DNA of 43,639 nt from Desulfovibrionaceae bacterium (GCA_050253205.1 JBFWJM010000001.1:1-43639), one strand, 5' to 3'. Counted from the first letter of the stretch, positions 32,221 to 41,491 are shown. Notes: a model not told the origin generated them from the sequence alone. Made by a program: numbers and translations.

Positions 32221-33651
32221 TTACTTGGCCGGGAAGATCATGTCCACCCGCGCGCCGCCCTCCACCCCGCAGGAGAGGGTCCACTGCCCGCCGTGGCCCT
32301 CAATGATGGAACCCACGATGGCCAGGCCCAGGCCCGTGCCCGTGTCCTTGGTGGTGAAGAAGGGGTCCTTCAGGCGCTCCATGTGCTCCGGGGGGAAGCC
32401 CGGGCCGTCGTCCATGAACACCACGTGCGCGGAGCCGTTCTCCCTGGCCGCGCTGATGGTGATGACCCCGCCGTCCTTCATGGCCTGGATGGAGTTGGTG
32501 ACCACGTTGTAGAAGGCGCGGTAGAGCAGGTCCTTGTCGCCCATGACCGCGAGGCCCTCGGGGATGTCCACCTCCAGGGCCACGCCGTGCTTCTCGCACT
32601 CCCCGGCAAGGAACACGGCCACCTGCTCCATGACCCGGGAGAGGTCCACCTCCAGCTGCTTGGGGGCCTTGGGCCGGGCGTAGTCGAGGAAGTCCGTGAC
32701 CACCCGCGAGAGGCGCTTGGATTCCTGGTAGATGGCCTCCAGCAGGGGGGCGTCCTTGCTGCCCTCCTTGGCGGCCTTCTTTTTCAGGTGCTCGGCCGTG
32801 GAGCGGATGATGCCCAGGGGGTTGCGTATCTCGTGGGCCACGCCGGAGACCATCCGGCCCATGCCTGCGAGCTTCTCCTGCTGCATGAGCTCGCGCTCCA
32901 GGCGCTCGCGCTCGGCGATGCGGTCGTGGTTCAGCCTGTCCGCCCGGCCGAGGATGGTCAGGATGACCACGAAGAGGATGATGGAGGTGACGAGGCTGGT
33001 GCCCAGCACCACGCGCTCCAGGTTTACGAGCTTGAGGTATTCGTCGGTGATGTCCTGGGTGAACTCCAGCACGCCCATGAGCCGCCCCTTGAAGCCCGTG
33101 GTGGAGAGGGTCTCCTCGCTGCGCATGGGGAAGTAGGTCTTGAGCAGGGTGGTCTCCGGGGCGAGGGAAGAGCTGAACAACGCGCGGACCTTGGAGATGT
33201 TGCTGATGATCTTGAAGCTGTAGACCTGTTCGTTGATGGCCATGTCCACGAACTCGTCCGCCAGGCCCATCTTGCCCACCAGGTCCTTGTCCGTGGAATA
33301 GACCACCATGCCGTTCAGGGCGTACATGCGCACCTCCTTCACGCTGAGCGTGTGGATGGTGGACTGCACGACCTGGTCGAGCCTTCCGGCCTGCTCGGGG
33401 TTGGAGAGCTGGATCTGCCCGTAGCCCACGAGGGTGGGCAGGGTGAAGCGGGTGTAGATCTGGTGGTTGAGGTTCTCGGCCAGCAGCAGGCCGAACTCCC
33501 GCTGCTTCTCCATGAGCGCGTTGTCCACGTAGTTGGAGATGAACAGCGAGAGCCCGAGGTTGAACCCGAGGATGAGCACCAGGAAGCTCCAGGAGAGCAC
33601 CTTCACGAATTGCAGCGGGCGGACGGCCTCGGCGCCGGTTTTTTCGACCAA
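32221..33651 (-). CDS. Sensor histidine kinase (membrane, HisKA + HATPase_c)
   Basis: 476 aa; H-box SGVAHEIRNPL, N/G boxes; two hydrophobic segments; apparent TTG start with AGGAG inside the pgi 3' end, 3 nt after the pgi stop. Confidence 0.88.
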   Translation of the reverse strand: MVEKTGAEAVRPLQFVKVLSWSFLVLILGFNLGLSLFISNYVDNALMEKQREFGLLLAENLNHQIYTRFTLPTLVGYGQIQLSNPEQAGRLDQVVQSTIHTLSVKEVRMYALNGMVVYSTDKDLVGKMGLADEFVDMAINEQVYSFKIISNISKVRALFSSSLAPETTLLKTYFPMRSEETLSTTGFKGRLMGVLEFTQDITDEYLKLVNLERVVLGTSLVTSIILFVVILTILGRADRLNHDRIAERERLERELMQQEKLAGMGRMVSGVAHEIRNPLGIIRSTAEHLKKKAAKEGSKDAPLLEAIYQESKRLSRVVTDFLDYARPKAPKQLEVDLSRVMEQVAVFLAGECEKHGVALEVDIPEGLAVMGDKDLLYRAFYNVVTNSIQAMKDGGVITISAARENGSAHVVFMDDGPGFPPEHMERLKDPFFTTKDTGTGLGLAIVGSIIEGHGGQWTLSCGVEGGARVDMIFPAK

Positions 33652-33654
33652 AGC

Positions 33655-34998
33655 CTAGAACTCCTGTTCGATGTGTCGTGCGCCGAGGAAGGCGTCGAGG
33701 TCGGCCTTTTCTTCCTCCAGGCCCTCGGACCCGAGGCGGGCCTTGGCCAGCCGCTTGCCCAGCTCCACGGCGGGCTGGTCCAGGGGGTTGATGTCCATGA
33801 GCCAGCCGGTGAGGATGGTGGCCGCGCCCAAAAGCGCGATGAGCGCCCCGGCCTCGCGCTCCGTGGCGGCCCCAAGGCGCATCTCTACCAGGGGAACCCC
33901 GCACTTGCAAAGGGCCATCTGCGTGCCCAGCCCTTCGGCGCGGATGAGCTCGCCAAAGGGCTTGCCGCGCACGTAGGCGAAGGCGTCGGGCAGGTTTTCG
34001 GGAAAGCGCGGACCCTGGGGCAGGGCCGGGCAGGTGAGGAAGAGGCAGGCCTTGTTGCGCGGGCCGTCCAGGAACATCTGGTTCACGGAGTGCTGGTCCG
34101 TGACGCCCACGGCCGGGATGGGCTGGCTGCCCTTGCCCTCCTTGCCCAGGCTCTCGGCCCAGAGCTGGGCGAACCAGTCGCCGAAGCTGTTCATGGCGGG
34201 CACGTAGGAGAAGAAGATGAGCTCGCTGAAGGCGGAGTCGAGCAGTGCGCGCGCCCAGACGGCCAGCTCGAAGGCCGGGTGCGCGGCCAGGGTCTCGGCG
34301 TCGAGCCCCGGGCCCGCCAGGGGCGCGGCCAGCTCCGCCGCCCCGCCCACCAGCGCGCCAACGTCCATGCCCAGGAACACGGCGGGCACCAGGCCCACGG
34401 CCGAGAGCACGGAATAGCGCCCGCCGAGGCTGTCGGGCACGGGCAGGGTCATGGCCCCGAAGCGCTCGGCCTCCTCGCGCAAGAAGCCCTTTGTCTTGTC
34501 CGTCACGAGCAGGACGTGCCCGCCCCAGGTCTCGCCCAGGCGCTCCATGAGCCAGCGCTTGACCAGGAAGTACTGGCCCACGGTCTCGATGGTGTCGCCC
34601 GATTTGGACACCGTGACCACCACGGTGCGCTCCGGGTCGAGCCGTCGGAGGTGAGCCTCCAGGGTGGCGGGGTCCACGTTGTCGAGCACCCAGAGCCAGG
34701 GGCCCTGGTGCCCGGGGAGGTCCTGCCCGGGGGCGAAGGCCTTTTGCAGGGCCCGCGCGCCCAGCGCCGACCCGCCGATGCCCAGCAGGAGCATGTGGTC
34801 GAAGCGGGCGAGCCGGGGGGCCAGGGCCTCCAGCTCGGGCAACAGCTCGTCCATGTAGGGCATGGTGAGGAAGGGCAGCCTTCCGGCGGCCGTTTCCCCG
34901 GCGAGGCGCTCGGCCAGCTCCCCGGCGCGGGCGCGGTAGGGTGCGGCGGTGAGTTTCTCGAAGGTCGCGTTGGTCCAGTCCAGGATTCCGGCGGGCAT
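33655..34998 (-). CDS. pgi: Glucose-6-phosphate isomerase (short bacterial type)
   Basis: 447 aa; LLLGIGGSALG, VSKSGDTIET, GGRYSVLS motifs. Confidence 0.9.
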   Translation of the reverse strand: MPAGILDWTNATFEKLTAAPYRARAGELAERLAGETAAGRLPFLTMPYMDELLPELEALAPRLARFDHMLLLGIGGSALGARALQKAFAPGQDLPGHQGPWLWVLDNVDPATLEAHLRRLDPERTVVVTVSKSGDTIETVGQYFLVKRWLMERLGETWGGHVLLVTDKTKGFLREEAERFGAMTLPVPDSLGGRYSVLSAVGLVPAVFLGMDVGALVGGAAELAAPLAGPGLDAETLAAHPAFELAVWARALLDSAFSELIFFSYVPAMNSFGDWFAQLWAESLGKEGKGSQPIPAVGVTDQHSVNQMFLDGPRNKACLFLTCPALPQGPRFPENLPDAFAYVRGKPFGELIRAEGLGTQMALCKCGVPLVEMRLGAATEREAGALIALLGAATILTGWLMDINPLDQPAVELGKRLAKARLGSEGLEEEKADLDAFLGARHIEQEF

Positions 34999-35066
34999 GA
35001 TGCTCTCCTCGGTTTCGCGGTATGGCCCGGGGCCTCGTCGCGGTTCTTCCTCTTATGCAACAAAAC

Positions 35067-35111
35067 GCGCCGTTTTCCAACCTCGGGATGCGCCTGGCGC
35101 GAAAACGGCGC
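35067..35111. promoter_or_regulatory. 11-bp-arm inverted repeat GCGCCGTTTTC-N23-GAAAACGGCGC in the pgi / 35482 divergent spacer
   Basis: Read directly. Confidence 0.5.
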
Positions 35112-35120
35112 ATGGGACGA

Positions 35121-35149
35121 TTGACGCTAGATATTCTCTAGACTACACT
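35121..35149 (+). promoter_or_regulatory. Sigma-70-like promoter TTGACG-N17-TACACT
   Basis: Hexamers and 17-nt spacing read directly; about 330 nt upstream of the next plus-strand CDS. Confidence 0.4.
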
Positions 35150-35481
35150 GGGCGCACGATGGTGAGAAAACCGCCGGGGGCCCGGTTTCCGGCGGTGACG
35201 ATGGGTGACGAAACCCGGAAAACCCGGAGGTGATTGGATGACGCGCCTCGCGCCCCCCCGGTTCCTGCGTTCCCGGCTCGATGCGGGCCTCCCCGTTCTT
35301 CTCGCGCCTTGCGCGCTGCGCCTGCCGCGCCGCGCCCCGCTGCGCCGCGCCTCGGGCATCCTGAACTCCCGCCTGCGCTCCAGGAACCGCAGCCTCGGCG
35401 GCCAATTCGGCTCGCATTCGGGCGCACGGCCCCTGCCGACCTCTCGCGGGGCCCGCCTCCAGGCCTCTCTCCAGGGTTTCC

Positions 35482-36639
35482 ATGCACAGGGCCGCCATGC
35501 ACGCTGAACAGGCCCTGACCCACCAGGACCTCGCCTCGGGCACGGGCGTCTCCGTCACTACCATCAAGAGCTACCGCCGCAAGTTTCCGGGGTTCATCCC
35601 CGTGGCCGGGTTCGGCAAGCCCATACGCTTCCGGCCCGAGGCGCTTGCCGCCTGCCGGTTTATCCGCGAGCGGTTCGAGCTGGGCTCGGGCGTGCGCGAG
35701 GTGCGTGGCGCTCTGGAGGAGGCCGGGTTCGCCCAGGACAGGAAAAGCATCCCTCCGCCGGACCCGGGCGCGGGTCTGGCCGATGGGCGCATGGAGGAGT
35801 TTCTGCGCTCGGCCGGGGAGATGATGCGCTCCGTGGCGCTTCTGGCCGAGGCCCAGCGCAACACGGACGAGCGCCTCGCCCGCCTGGAGGAGGGGCTGGC
35901 GCGCCTGGCCACCATGGAGGCCGAGAACAAGGCGCTGCTGGCGCGGCTGGGCCCGCTTGCCGGGAGCTTTGCCGATGCGGGGGATGTTTCCCCGCGTGAA
36001 GACGCCGAGGCCGCCTCGGCACCCGCCCCGGAAGAGCCCGCCGCCCCCCGCCTGCGCGCCAAGAAGATCGTCAACGTGCGCGCGGCCGACGGCCGCGTGG
36101 ACTCCTACGCCCTGGAGGACGAGGACGGGGCGCGGCGATCCATGTCCGAGCCGCCGTCCTCCCCGCCACCCGCAGCTGCGTCCGAGCCGCCGTCCTCCTC
36201 GCCGTCCCCCGCTTCGGGCGGGGAGCCGACCGAACCCGCAGTGGCCGAACCGGCCGTGTCCAGATCGGCCGTGTCCAGATCGGCCGACCCGCCCCCGCCC
36301 GACCTGCTCGACCGCCCGGCCGCCATCCGCAGCGAGGAGGGCGAATACCTCGGCCTGCCCGGCAAGCTGACCCTGCGCGAGCTGGCCGCCTTCCTGCTCG
36401 ACAGGGGCCTCGCCCAGGGCAACATGGATGCCGCCTGGACCCGCGACGGCAACGGCTGGCGCTACCACCTCCACTACGCGGACGGCCGCGCCAGGGCGCT
36501 GACGTTCATGTCCCAGACCACGCCTACGGGCGTGAAGCTCGCGCTGCTCACCCGCCTGGTGCTGGACGGCATCGAGGCCTCCCCGGAAAAACGCCTGGAC
36601 TACTTCCGCCGGATCAAGGACCTCAAGCAGCGCTCCTGA
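35482..36639 (+). CDS. Hypothetical protein: N-terminal HTH (MerR/excisionase-like), coiled coil, Pro/Ser-rich repeat linker, conserved-looking C-terminal domain
   Basis: Very high GC3 in this frame (the 558-aa minus-strand ORF 35143-36819 is judged a shadow); LTHQDLASGTGVSVTTIKSYRRKF; DNA repeats tccgagccgccgtcctcc x2 and gccgtgtccagatcg x2; start could be 35497. Confidence 0.6.
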   Translation: MHRAAMHAEQALTHQDLASGTGVSVTTIKSYRRKFPGFIPVAGFGKPIRFRPEALAACRFIRERFELGSGVREVRGALEEAGFAQDRKSIPPPDPGAGLADGRMEEFLRSAGEMMRSVALLAEAQRNTDERLARLEEGLARLATMEAENKALLARLGPLAGSFADAGDVSPREDAEAASAPAPEEPAAPRLRAKKIVNVRAADGRVDSYALEDEDGARRSMSEPPSSPPPAAASEPPSSSPSPASGGEPTEPAVAEPAVSRSAVSRSADPPPPDLLDRPAAIRSEEGEYLGLPGKLTLRELAAFLLDRGLAQGNMDAAWTRDGNGWRYHLHYADGRARALTFMSQTTPTGVKLALLTRLVLDGIEASPEKRLDYFRRIKDLKQRS

Positions 36640-36987
36640 AGCGGAACATCCCCCGCTCCTCCCGGCGGGTGAGAAGCAGGCGCGACCGGACACACGGCCC
36701 ATCCCCCGGTTTTCCGGCTGTGGTCCCGTCCTTGAAGGGCCCCGCGCGGGATCGAGCTGGGCCGTTTTGGCCCACAAGCCCGCCCGCAGCGGGCAACGCC
36801 CCCGCGCAAATCCCGGCAAGGGGCCTTGGGCGGGCCTTCCCGGGGCCTGGGGCCAGAGGCCGGATTCGGGATTTCATGGGTCGGAATCTGGACAAAACGC
36901 CCCCTTCTATCCTCTTATATGGGGGCGAAAGCCGCTCATGCGGCACGAAAATTGTCGGTATCCGCAAGAAGAGGCTTCCGTGGCATG

Positions 36988-37005
36988 AATTTGTGTTGAC
37001 AAATT
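36988..37005. promoter_or_regulatory. Palindrome AATTTGT-gttg-ACAAATT overlapping a TTGACA hexamer, upstream of glnA
   Basis: Read directly; first of four AAWTTGTR motifs (36988, 37002, 37055, 37097). Confidence 0.35.
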
Positions 37006-37181
37006 TGTGGTGCTCTCCGCCCGCGCCAGTGCTCGATTTTTGTTTTGCTTCACAAAATTGTGTGCATTTCGGGCGAAAAAAGCCGATTTAATCACGAATT
37101 TGTAAGAAAAACCTGTGATTTTCGGGCGTTTGGCGTAGTACCCCCGGCGCAACGAGCTGATATGTTGCGCTTTCACGCTTC

Positions 37182-37197
37182 TGGCACCGTTATTGAT
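37182..37197 (+). promoter_or_regulatory. Possible sigma-54 (-24/-12) promoter of glnA: cTGGCAC-cgtta-TTGA
   Basis: TGGCAC-N5-TTG spacing is correct, but the -12 element reads GA instead of the consensus GC; about 60 nt before the glnA ATG. Confidence 0.3.
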
Positions 37198-37257
37198 TGT
37201 TGTGGCCCGCTGACTCTTCCAAAACAAACGGATACTAACCAAACTGTGGAGGATTGT

Positions 37258-38601
37258 ATGGAGATTCCCGTTTTCAATTGCAAAAATGCCGACGACGTGC
37301 TGAAAGCGATCAAAGACTACAACGTCAGCTTTATTCAGTACTGGTTCGTCGACATCCTGGGCGTGCTCAAGAGCTTCCAGATCACCCCCAACGAGGTCGA
37401 GGCTTCCTTCGAGGAAGGCATGGGCTTCGACGGCTCGTCCATCCTGGGCTTCTGCCGCATCGACGAGTCCGACATGGTCGCCATGCCCGACCCCACCACC
37501 TTCCAGATCTGCTCCTGGCGCCCCACCGAGAAGCCCGTCGCGCGTATGTTCTGCGACGTGGTCAACCCGGACGGCACCCACTTCGAGGCCGACTCCCGCT
37601 ACGTGCTGAAGAAGGTCCTCGCCAAGGCCGCCGAGAAGGGCTACACCGCCTACCTCGGACCCGAGCTGGAATTCTTCACCTTCGCTGACGACCAGGACAC
37701 CGAGATTCTCGACCGCGGCGGCTACTTCGACGCTCCTCCGCTGGACCTGGGCAACAACATCCGCCGCGAGATCATCTTCGCCCTCGAAGCCATGGGCATG
37801 CAGGTCGAGTACTCGCACCACGAGGTCGCCCCCTCCCAGCACGAGATCGACCTGCGCTACGCCGAGGCCCTGCGCATGGCCGACATCGCCATGACCTACC
37901 GTGTGGTCGTGAAAGAGACCGCCCGCAAGCACGGCTGCTACGCCACCTTCATGCCGAAACCCATCTTCGGTGAGAACGGCTCCGGCATGCACGTGCACCA
38001 GTCCCTGTTCAAGAACGGCAAGAACATGTTCTACGATGCCAACGACAAGTACCACCTGTCCGCCGAGGGCAAGGCGTACATCGCCGGTATCCTGAAGCAC
38101 GCCCCCGAGTTCGTCTGCGTCACCAACCAGTGGGTGAACTCCTACAAGCGCCTGGTGCCCGGCTACGAGGCTCCGGTGTACATCGCCTGGGCGCGCCGCA
38201 ACCGCTCCGCCCTGGTCCGCGTGCCCATGTACAAGCCCGGCAAGGAGCTGGCCACCCGCATGGAGCTGCGCTGCCCCGACCCGGCCGCCAACCCCTACCT
38301 CGCCTTCGCCGTGCAGCTGGCCGCCGGCCTCAAGGGCATCGAGGAGGGCTACGTGCTCGGCGCTCCGGTCGAGGACGACATCTTCCACATGAACGACCGC
38401 CAGCTCAAGCGCAACAAGATCAAGGCGCTGCCCGGCTCCCTGTACGAGGCCGCCTCGAACCTCAAGAAGTCCAAGTTCATGAAGGACGTGCTGGGCGACC
38501 ATCTGCACACCGCCCTGGTCGAGAACAAGATGGCCGAGTGGGACGAGTACCGCACCCAGGTCACCGAGTTCGAGCTCGACAAGTACCTGCCCATCCTGTA
38601 G
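37258..38601 (+). CDS. glnA: Glutamine synthetase, type I
   Basis: 447 aa from MEIPVFNCKN...; FDGSSI, PKPIFGENGSGMHVHQSL, NSYKRLVPGYEAP, VRVP motifs; GGAGGA RBS. Confidence 0.96.
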   Translation: MEIPVFNCKNADDVLKAIKDYNVSFIQYWFVDILGVLKSFQITPNEVEASFEEGMGFDGSSILGFCRIDESDMVAMPDPTTFQICSWRPTEKPVARMFCDVVNPDGTHFEADSRYVLKKVLAKAAEKGYTAYLGPELEFFTFADDQDTEILDRGGYFDAPPLDLGNNIRREIIFALEAMGMQVEYSHHEVAPSQHEIDLRYAEALRMADIAMTYRVVVKETARKHGCYATFMPKPIFGENGSGMHVHQSLFKNGKNMFYDANDKYHLSAEGKAYIAGILKHAPEFVCVTNQWVNSYKRLVPGYEAPVYIAWARRNRSALVRVPMYKPGKELATRMELRCPDPAANPYLAFAVQLAAGLKGIEEGYVLGAPVEDDIFHMNDRQLKRNKIKALPGSLYEAASNLKKSKFMKDVLGDHLHTALVENKMAEWDEYRTQVTEFELDKYLPIL

Positions 38602-38633
38602 GTCGCGTTCTGGCTATTGCCACTCTCGCTGCG

Positions 38634-38668
38634 GGGGAGCCTCTTCGGAGGCTCCCCTCTTTTCGTTT
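38634..38668 (+). terminator. Rho-independent terminator of glnA
   Basis: GGGGAGCCTC-ttcg-GAGGCTCCCC followed by tcttttcgttt. Confidence 0.85.
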
Positions 38669-38875
38669 CCGCGCGAGAGCTGTTTGCTCCGGAGACCGCC
38701 CAGGTCCCGCCGAGGGCCCGCGCCTATGCTGAATCGCAGTAATCCGTTTATCGGAAGGGTGTTGGGGGAACTGGCGGGTCGTTGCTGGCCGTATTTGTGG
38801 ATCGGAGTGGGAAGGTGCCCCGCACTGTTCGGTTGGGACGCCGGGTCGAGGGCGTTGTGCCTGGGCCGCGGCTAG

Positions 38876-38934
38876 ATTTGCGTGCATGAGGAGCGCGCGG
38901 AAGCATTCGCAAGGCAGAAATCATGCACGCAAAT
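38876..38934. repeat. Perfect 14-bp inverted repeat ATTTGCGTGCATGA-N31-TCATGCACGCAAAT
   Basis: Read directly; just 3' of the HxlR-family gene stop; no flanking T-run. Confidence 0.8.
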
Positions 38935-38990
38935 GCATGCGTGCTCCGCCCGGAGGTCGGTCCTGATGGCCGCCCGCCCAGGGCCCCGGG

Positions 38991-39422
38991 CTATTGGCGG
39001 GCTTCGCCCCGGCAGAGGAACACGGGCGGCTCAAGCGGTTCAAAACCCTCGTCCGTGAACCGCCCCTCCCCGCCCAGGAAGCGCTCGTGCTCGATGCCCC
39101 ATTCGCGGATATTGAGTAGCACGGGCAGCAGGCCGCAGCCGTGCTCCGTGAGCGAATATTCCACCCGGGGCGGCACCTCGCGGTAGACCTCCCGGTGCAC
39201 CAGGCCATCCGCCTCCAGCTCGCGCAACTGCCGCGTGAGCATCCGCTCGCTGACCTCGGGGATGAAGCGCTTGAGCTCGCCGAAGCGCAGGCACGGCTCC
39301 TGCGCCAGGTGGAAGAGGATGATCTGCTTCCACTTGCCGCCGATGACCTGTAGCGCCAGCTCGAAATAGCAGCGGTATTCCCGTCCGTTCAGGTGCTTGG
39401 TCCGGCAGAGCTTGATGGGCAT
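38991..39422 (-). CDS. HxlR-family winged-helix transcriptional regulator
   Basis: 143 aa from MPIKL...; ALQVIGGKWKQIILFHL...FGELKRFIPEVSERMLTRQLRELEADGLVHR...PPRVEYSLTEHG is the canonical HxlR core; GGAGGAGG RBS. Confidence 0.88.
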   Translation of the reverse strand: MPIKLCRTKHLNGREYRCYFELALQVIGGKWKQIILFHLAQEPCLRFGELKRFIPEVSERMLTRQLRELEADGLVHREVYREVPPRVEYSLTEHGCGLLPVLLNIREWGIEHERFLGGEGRFTDEGFEPLEPPVFLCRGEARQ

Positions 39423-39539
39423 GGCCTCCTCCCTATACAAAATGTTAGTACCTGATCTTTTTGTCGGTACTTGTTCGGGTGCATGAATCGTGGTTTAGTG
39501 CGCCATCGAACGTACGTCAACCATTCCCCTGGAGGAACC

Positions 39540-40142
39540 ATGTACGCATTGGCATTGAGCGGCAGCCCGAGAAAGGGCGGCAACACGGACCTTCTGCTTT
39601 CCACGGTGCTGGAGCGGCTTTCGGCCAAAGGTTTCGAGACCGAGCTGGTGCGCGTGGGCGGCAAGCCCATCCGCGGCTGCATGGCCTGCCGCAAATGTTT
39701 CGAGAACAAGGACGGCAAGTGCTCCGTGACCACGGATGGCTTCAACGACATCGTGGAGAAGATGTTCCGCGCCGACGCCATCATCATCGGCTCGCCCACG
39801 TACTTCTCGGACGTGAGCGCGGAGACCAAGGCCGTGCTCGACCGTGCGGGCATGGTGTCCATCGCCAACGGCTTCGCCCTGCAGGGCAAGGTGGGCGCGG
39901 CGGTGGTGGCCGTGCGGCGCGGCGGGGCCACCCACGTCTTCGACTCCATCAACCACATGTACCTGATGTCGCAGATGATCGTGCCCGGCTCCACCTACTG
40001 GAACATGGGCTACGGCCTGAACGAGGGCGAGGTGGCCAACGACGCCGAGGGCATGCGCAACATGCGCCACCTGGGCGATGCCATTGCCTGGCTGACCACG
40101 GCCGTGGCTCCGCACCGGGGGGCCTACCCGCAGCCCGATTGA
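39540..40142 (+). CDS. Iron-sulfur flavoprotein / NADPH-dependent FMN reductase family
   Basis: 200 aa; MYALALSGSPRKGGNT, compact Cys motif CMACRKCFENKDGKC (CX2CX2CX7C), IIGSPTYF; divergent from the HxlR gene. Confidence 0.83.
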   Translation: MYALALSGSPRKGGNTDLLLSTVLERLSAKGFETELVRVGGKPIRGCMACRKCFENKDGKCSVTTDGFNDIVEKMFRADAIIIGSPTYFSDVSAETKAVLDRAGMVSIANGFALQGKVGAAVVAVRRGGATHVFDSINHMYLMSQMIVPGSTYWNMGYGLNEGEVANDAEGMRNMRHLGDAIAWLTTAVAPHRGAYPQPD

Positions 40143-40253
40143 TCGGACGGCCCGAACACTGCAAGACACGCGAACCGGCCCGCCGGGCGCCCTGCGTCAT
40201 GCGGGTGGCCTTGCGAGCCGTTCGCCGTGCGTACGGCGGATGAAGGCGGGGGT

Positions 40254-41450
40254 TTATGCGTCCCTGGCGTCGAAGTCCCAGGCCTTGCGGCGCAGCAGTC
40301 TCCAGGAACGGTGGCCGTGCACCAGCTCGCCCAGGGGGCGCGCGGCCAGGCGCATGAACAGCCCGAAAGGGGCGTACCCGGCCAGGCGCACGGTCTTCAG
40401 GAAGAGGTTGCGCAAGCTATCCGCCCCGTGCAGCTCGGGCAGCAGGTGGCGGGCCAGGAGCGCGGGGTAGGTCCGGCCGGGGTCGTCTTTTCGGCTCATG
40501 GCCTGGTCCACGGCGCTGGCCGCGAAGGCCCCGCTGGAGAGCGCGTAGAAGATGCCCTCGCCGAGCAGGGGCTCCACCATTCCGGCGGCGTCGCCCGCCA
40601 GGAGCAGCCGTTCGCAACACGGCTCGGCAATCCAGTTGCCGTAGGGCAGGGGATGCGCGCGCAGGTGGATGCGCCCGGGGTCAAACCCGAGCAACCCCGT
40701 GAACTCGGCGAAGTGTTCCAGCAGGGGCCTGTCCCCGGCCTCCAGGCCGCACATGCCCACGCAGAGTCGATCCTTCCCCGGGAAAACCCAGGCGTACCCG
40801 GCCAGGACGTGGCCCACATGGAGCTGCGGCTCGGCCAGGGAGCGCAGGGGCGCGGGCGCTTCGTCTCGCGGGAGGTGGAACTCCACGGCCCGGGCCAGGC
40901 CCGCTCGCCAGGCCCGGCGGCCGCGCTCGGCGTCTTGGCCGCTCTTTGCCGCCAGGGCGCGCCGCAGCCTGCTGTTGGCCCCGTCCGCGCCGATGACGTA
41001 TCCGGCCGAAATCTCATGCCCATCCGTGGTTGCCACCAGCCCCTCGCCAGGGCTACACTGCGCCACCCCGACCCCGGGGAACACCGAGGCCCCGGCGCGC
41101 TCGGCCAGGAGCAGCAGGTGGTGGTCCAGGCGCGCGCGGTCCACCAGCAGGAAGGGGTGCGGCACGCGCCCGCGCGCCATGACGCGCCCCCGGTGGATAA
41201 GGGCGTAGGTATCGGCGGACCAGTCCACCAGCCCCTCGCGGGCCAGGGCGGCCTCGTCCAGGCCGAACACGGCCTCCAGGCGGCGCACGGTCTTCCAGGT
41301 GAGCAGGCCGCCGCAGAGCTTCTTCCGGGGGAAGAGGGCGCGGTCGAGCACTGCGACCTTGCGCCCGCGCCCGGCGAGCACGCAGGCCGCCGCGCTCCCC
41401 GCGGGCCCCGCCCCGCAGACCGCCGCGTCGAATGTTCCGAACATGGGCAT
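40254..41450 (-). CDS. FAD-dependent oxidoreductase, geranylgeranyl-reductase family
   Basis: FDAAVCGAGPAGSAAA dinucleotide fold, RKKLCGGLL, GYAWVFPGK, LLAGDAAGMVEP motifs; start 41450 (or 41444). Confidence 0.85.
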   Translation of the reverse strand: MPMFGTFDAAVCGAGPAGSAAACVLAGRGRKVAVLDRALFPRKKLCGGLLTWKTVRRLEAVFGLDEAALAREGLVDWSADTYALIHRGRVMARGRVPHPFLLVDRARLDHHLLLLAERAGASVFPGVGVAQCSPGEGLVATTDGHEISAGYVIGADGANSRLRRALAAKSGQDAERGRRAWRAGLARAVEFHLPRDEAPAPLRSLAEPQLHVGHVLAGYAWVFPGKDRLCVGMCGLEAGDRPLLEHFAEFTGLLGFDPGRIHLRAHPLPYGNWIAEPCCERLLLAGDAAGMVEPLLGEGIFYALSSGAFAASAVDQAMSRKDDPGRTYPALLARHLLPELHGADSLRNLFLKTVRLAGYAPFGLFMRLAARPLGELVHGHRSWRLLRRKAWDFDARDA

Positions 41451-41491
41451 GCCTGTAGCGCGGCCCGCAACGTGAATCAAGTGGGTGGCAC

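Noticed and set aside
35205-35507. ORF with an excellent RBS (GGAGGTGattggATG at 35238) in the leader of the 35482 gene
   Set aside because: The translation is Arg/Pro/Leu-rich with no structure-like pattern, and it overlaps a GC-rich repetitive stretch. It is more likely a non-coding leader.
35143-36819. 558-aa minus-strand ORF opposite the 35482-36639 gene
   Set aside because: The plus-strand frame has strongly GC-biased third positions and protein-like features (HTH, heptads). The minus-strand translation is Gly/Arg/Pro-rich. I kept the plus-strand call, but only at moderate confidence.
36840-36900. Possible tmRNA, SRP or RNase P fragments in GC-rich spacers (e.g. ggccggattcgggatttcatggg)
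   Set aside because: The resemblance is only a few nucleotides. The hallmark motifs (tRNA-like acceptor/T-arm, GGAAGCAGCC, GAGGAAAGTCC) are absent.
38717-38875. 49-aa Trp/Cys-rich ORF (MLNRSNPFIGRVLGELAGRCWPYLWIGVGRCPALFGWDAG...) downstream of glnA
   Set aside because: It has no RBS, intermediate codon bias and no partner genes. This is insufficient support.
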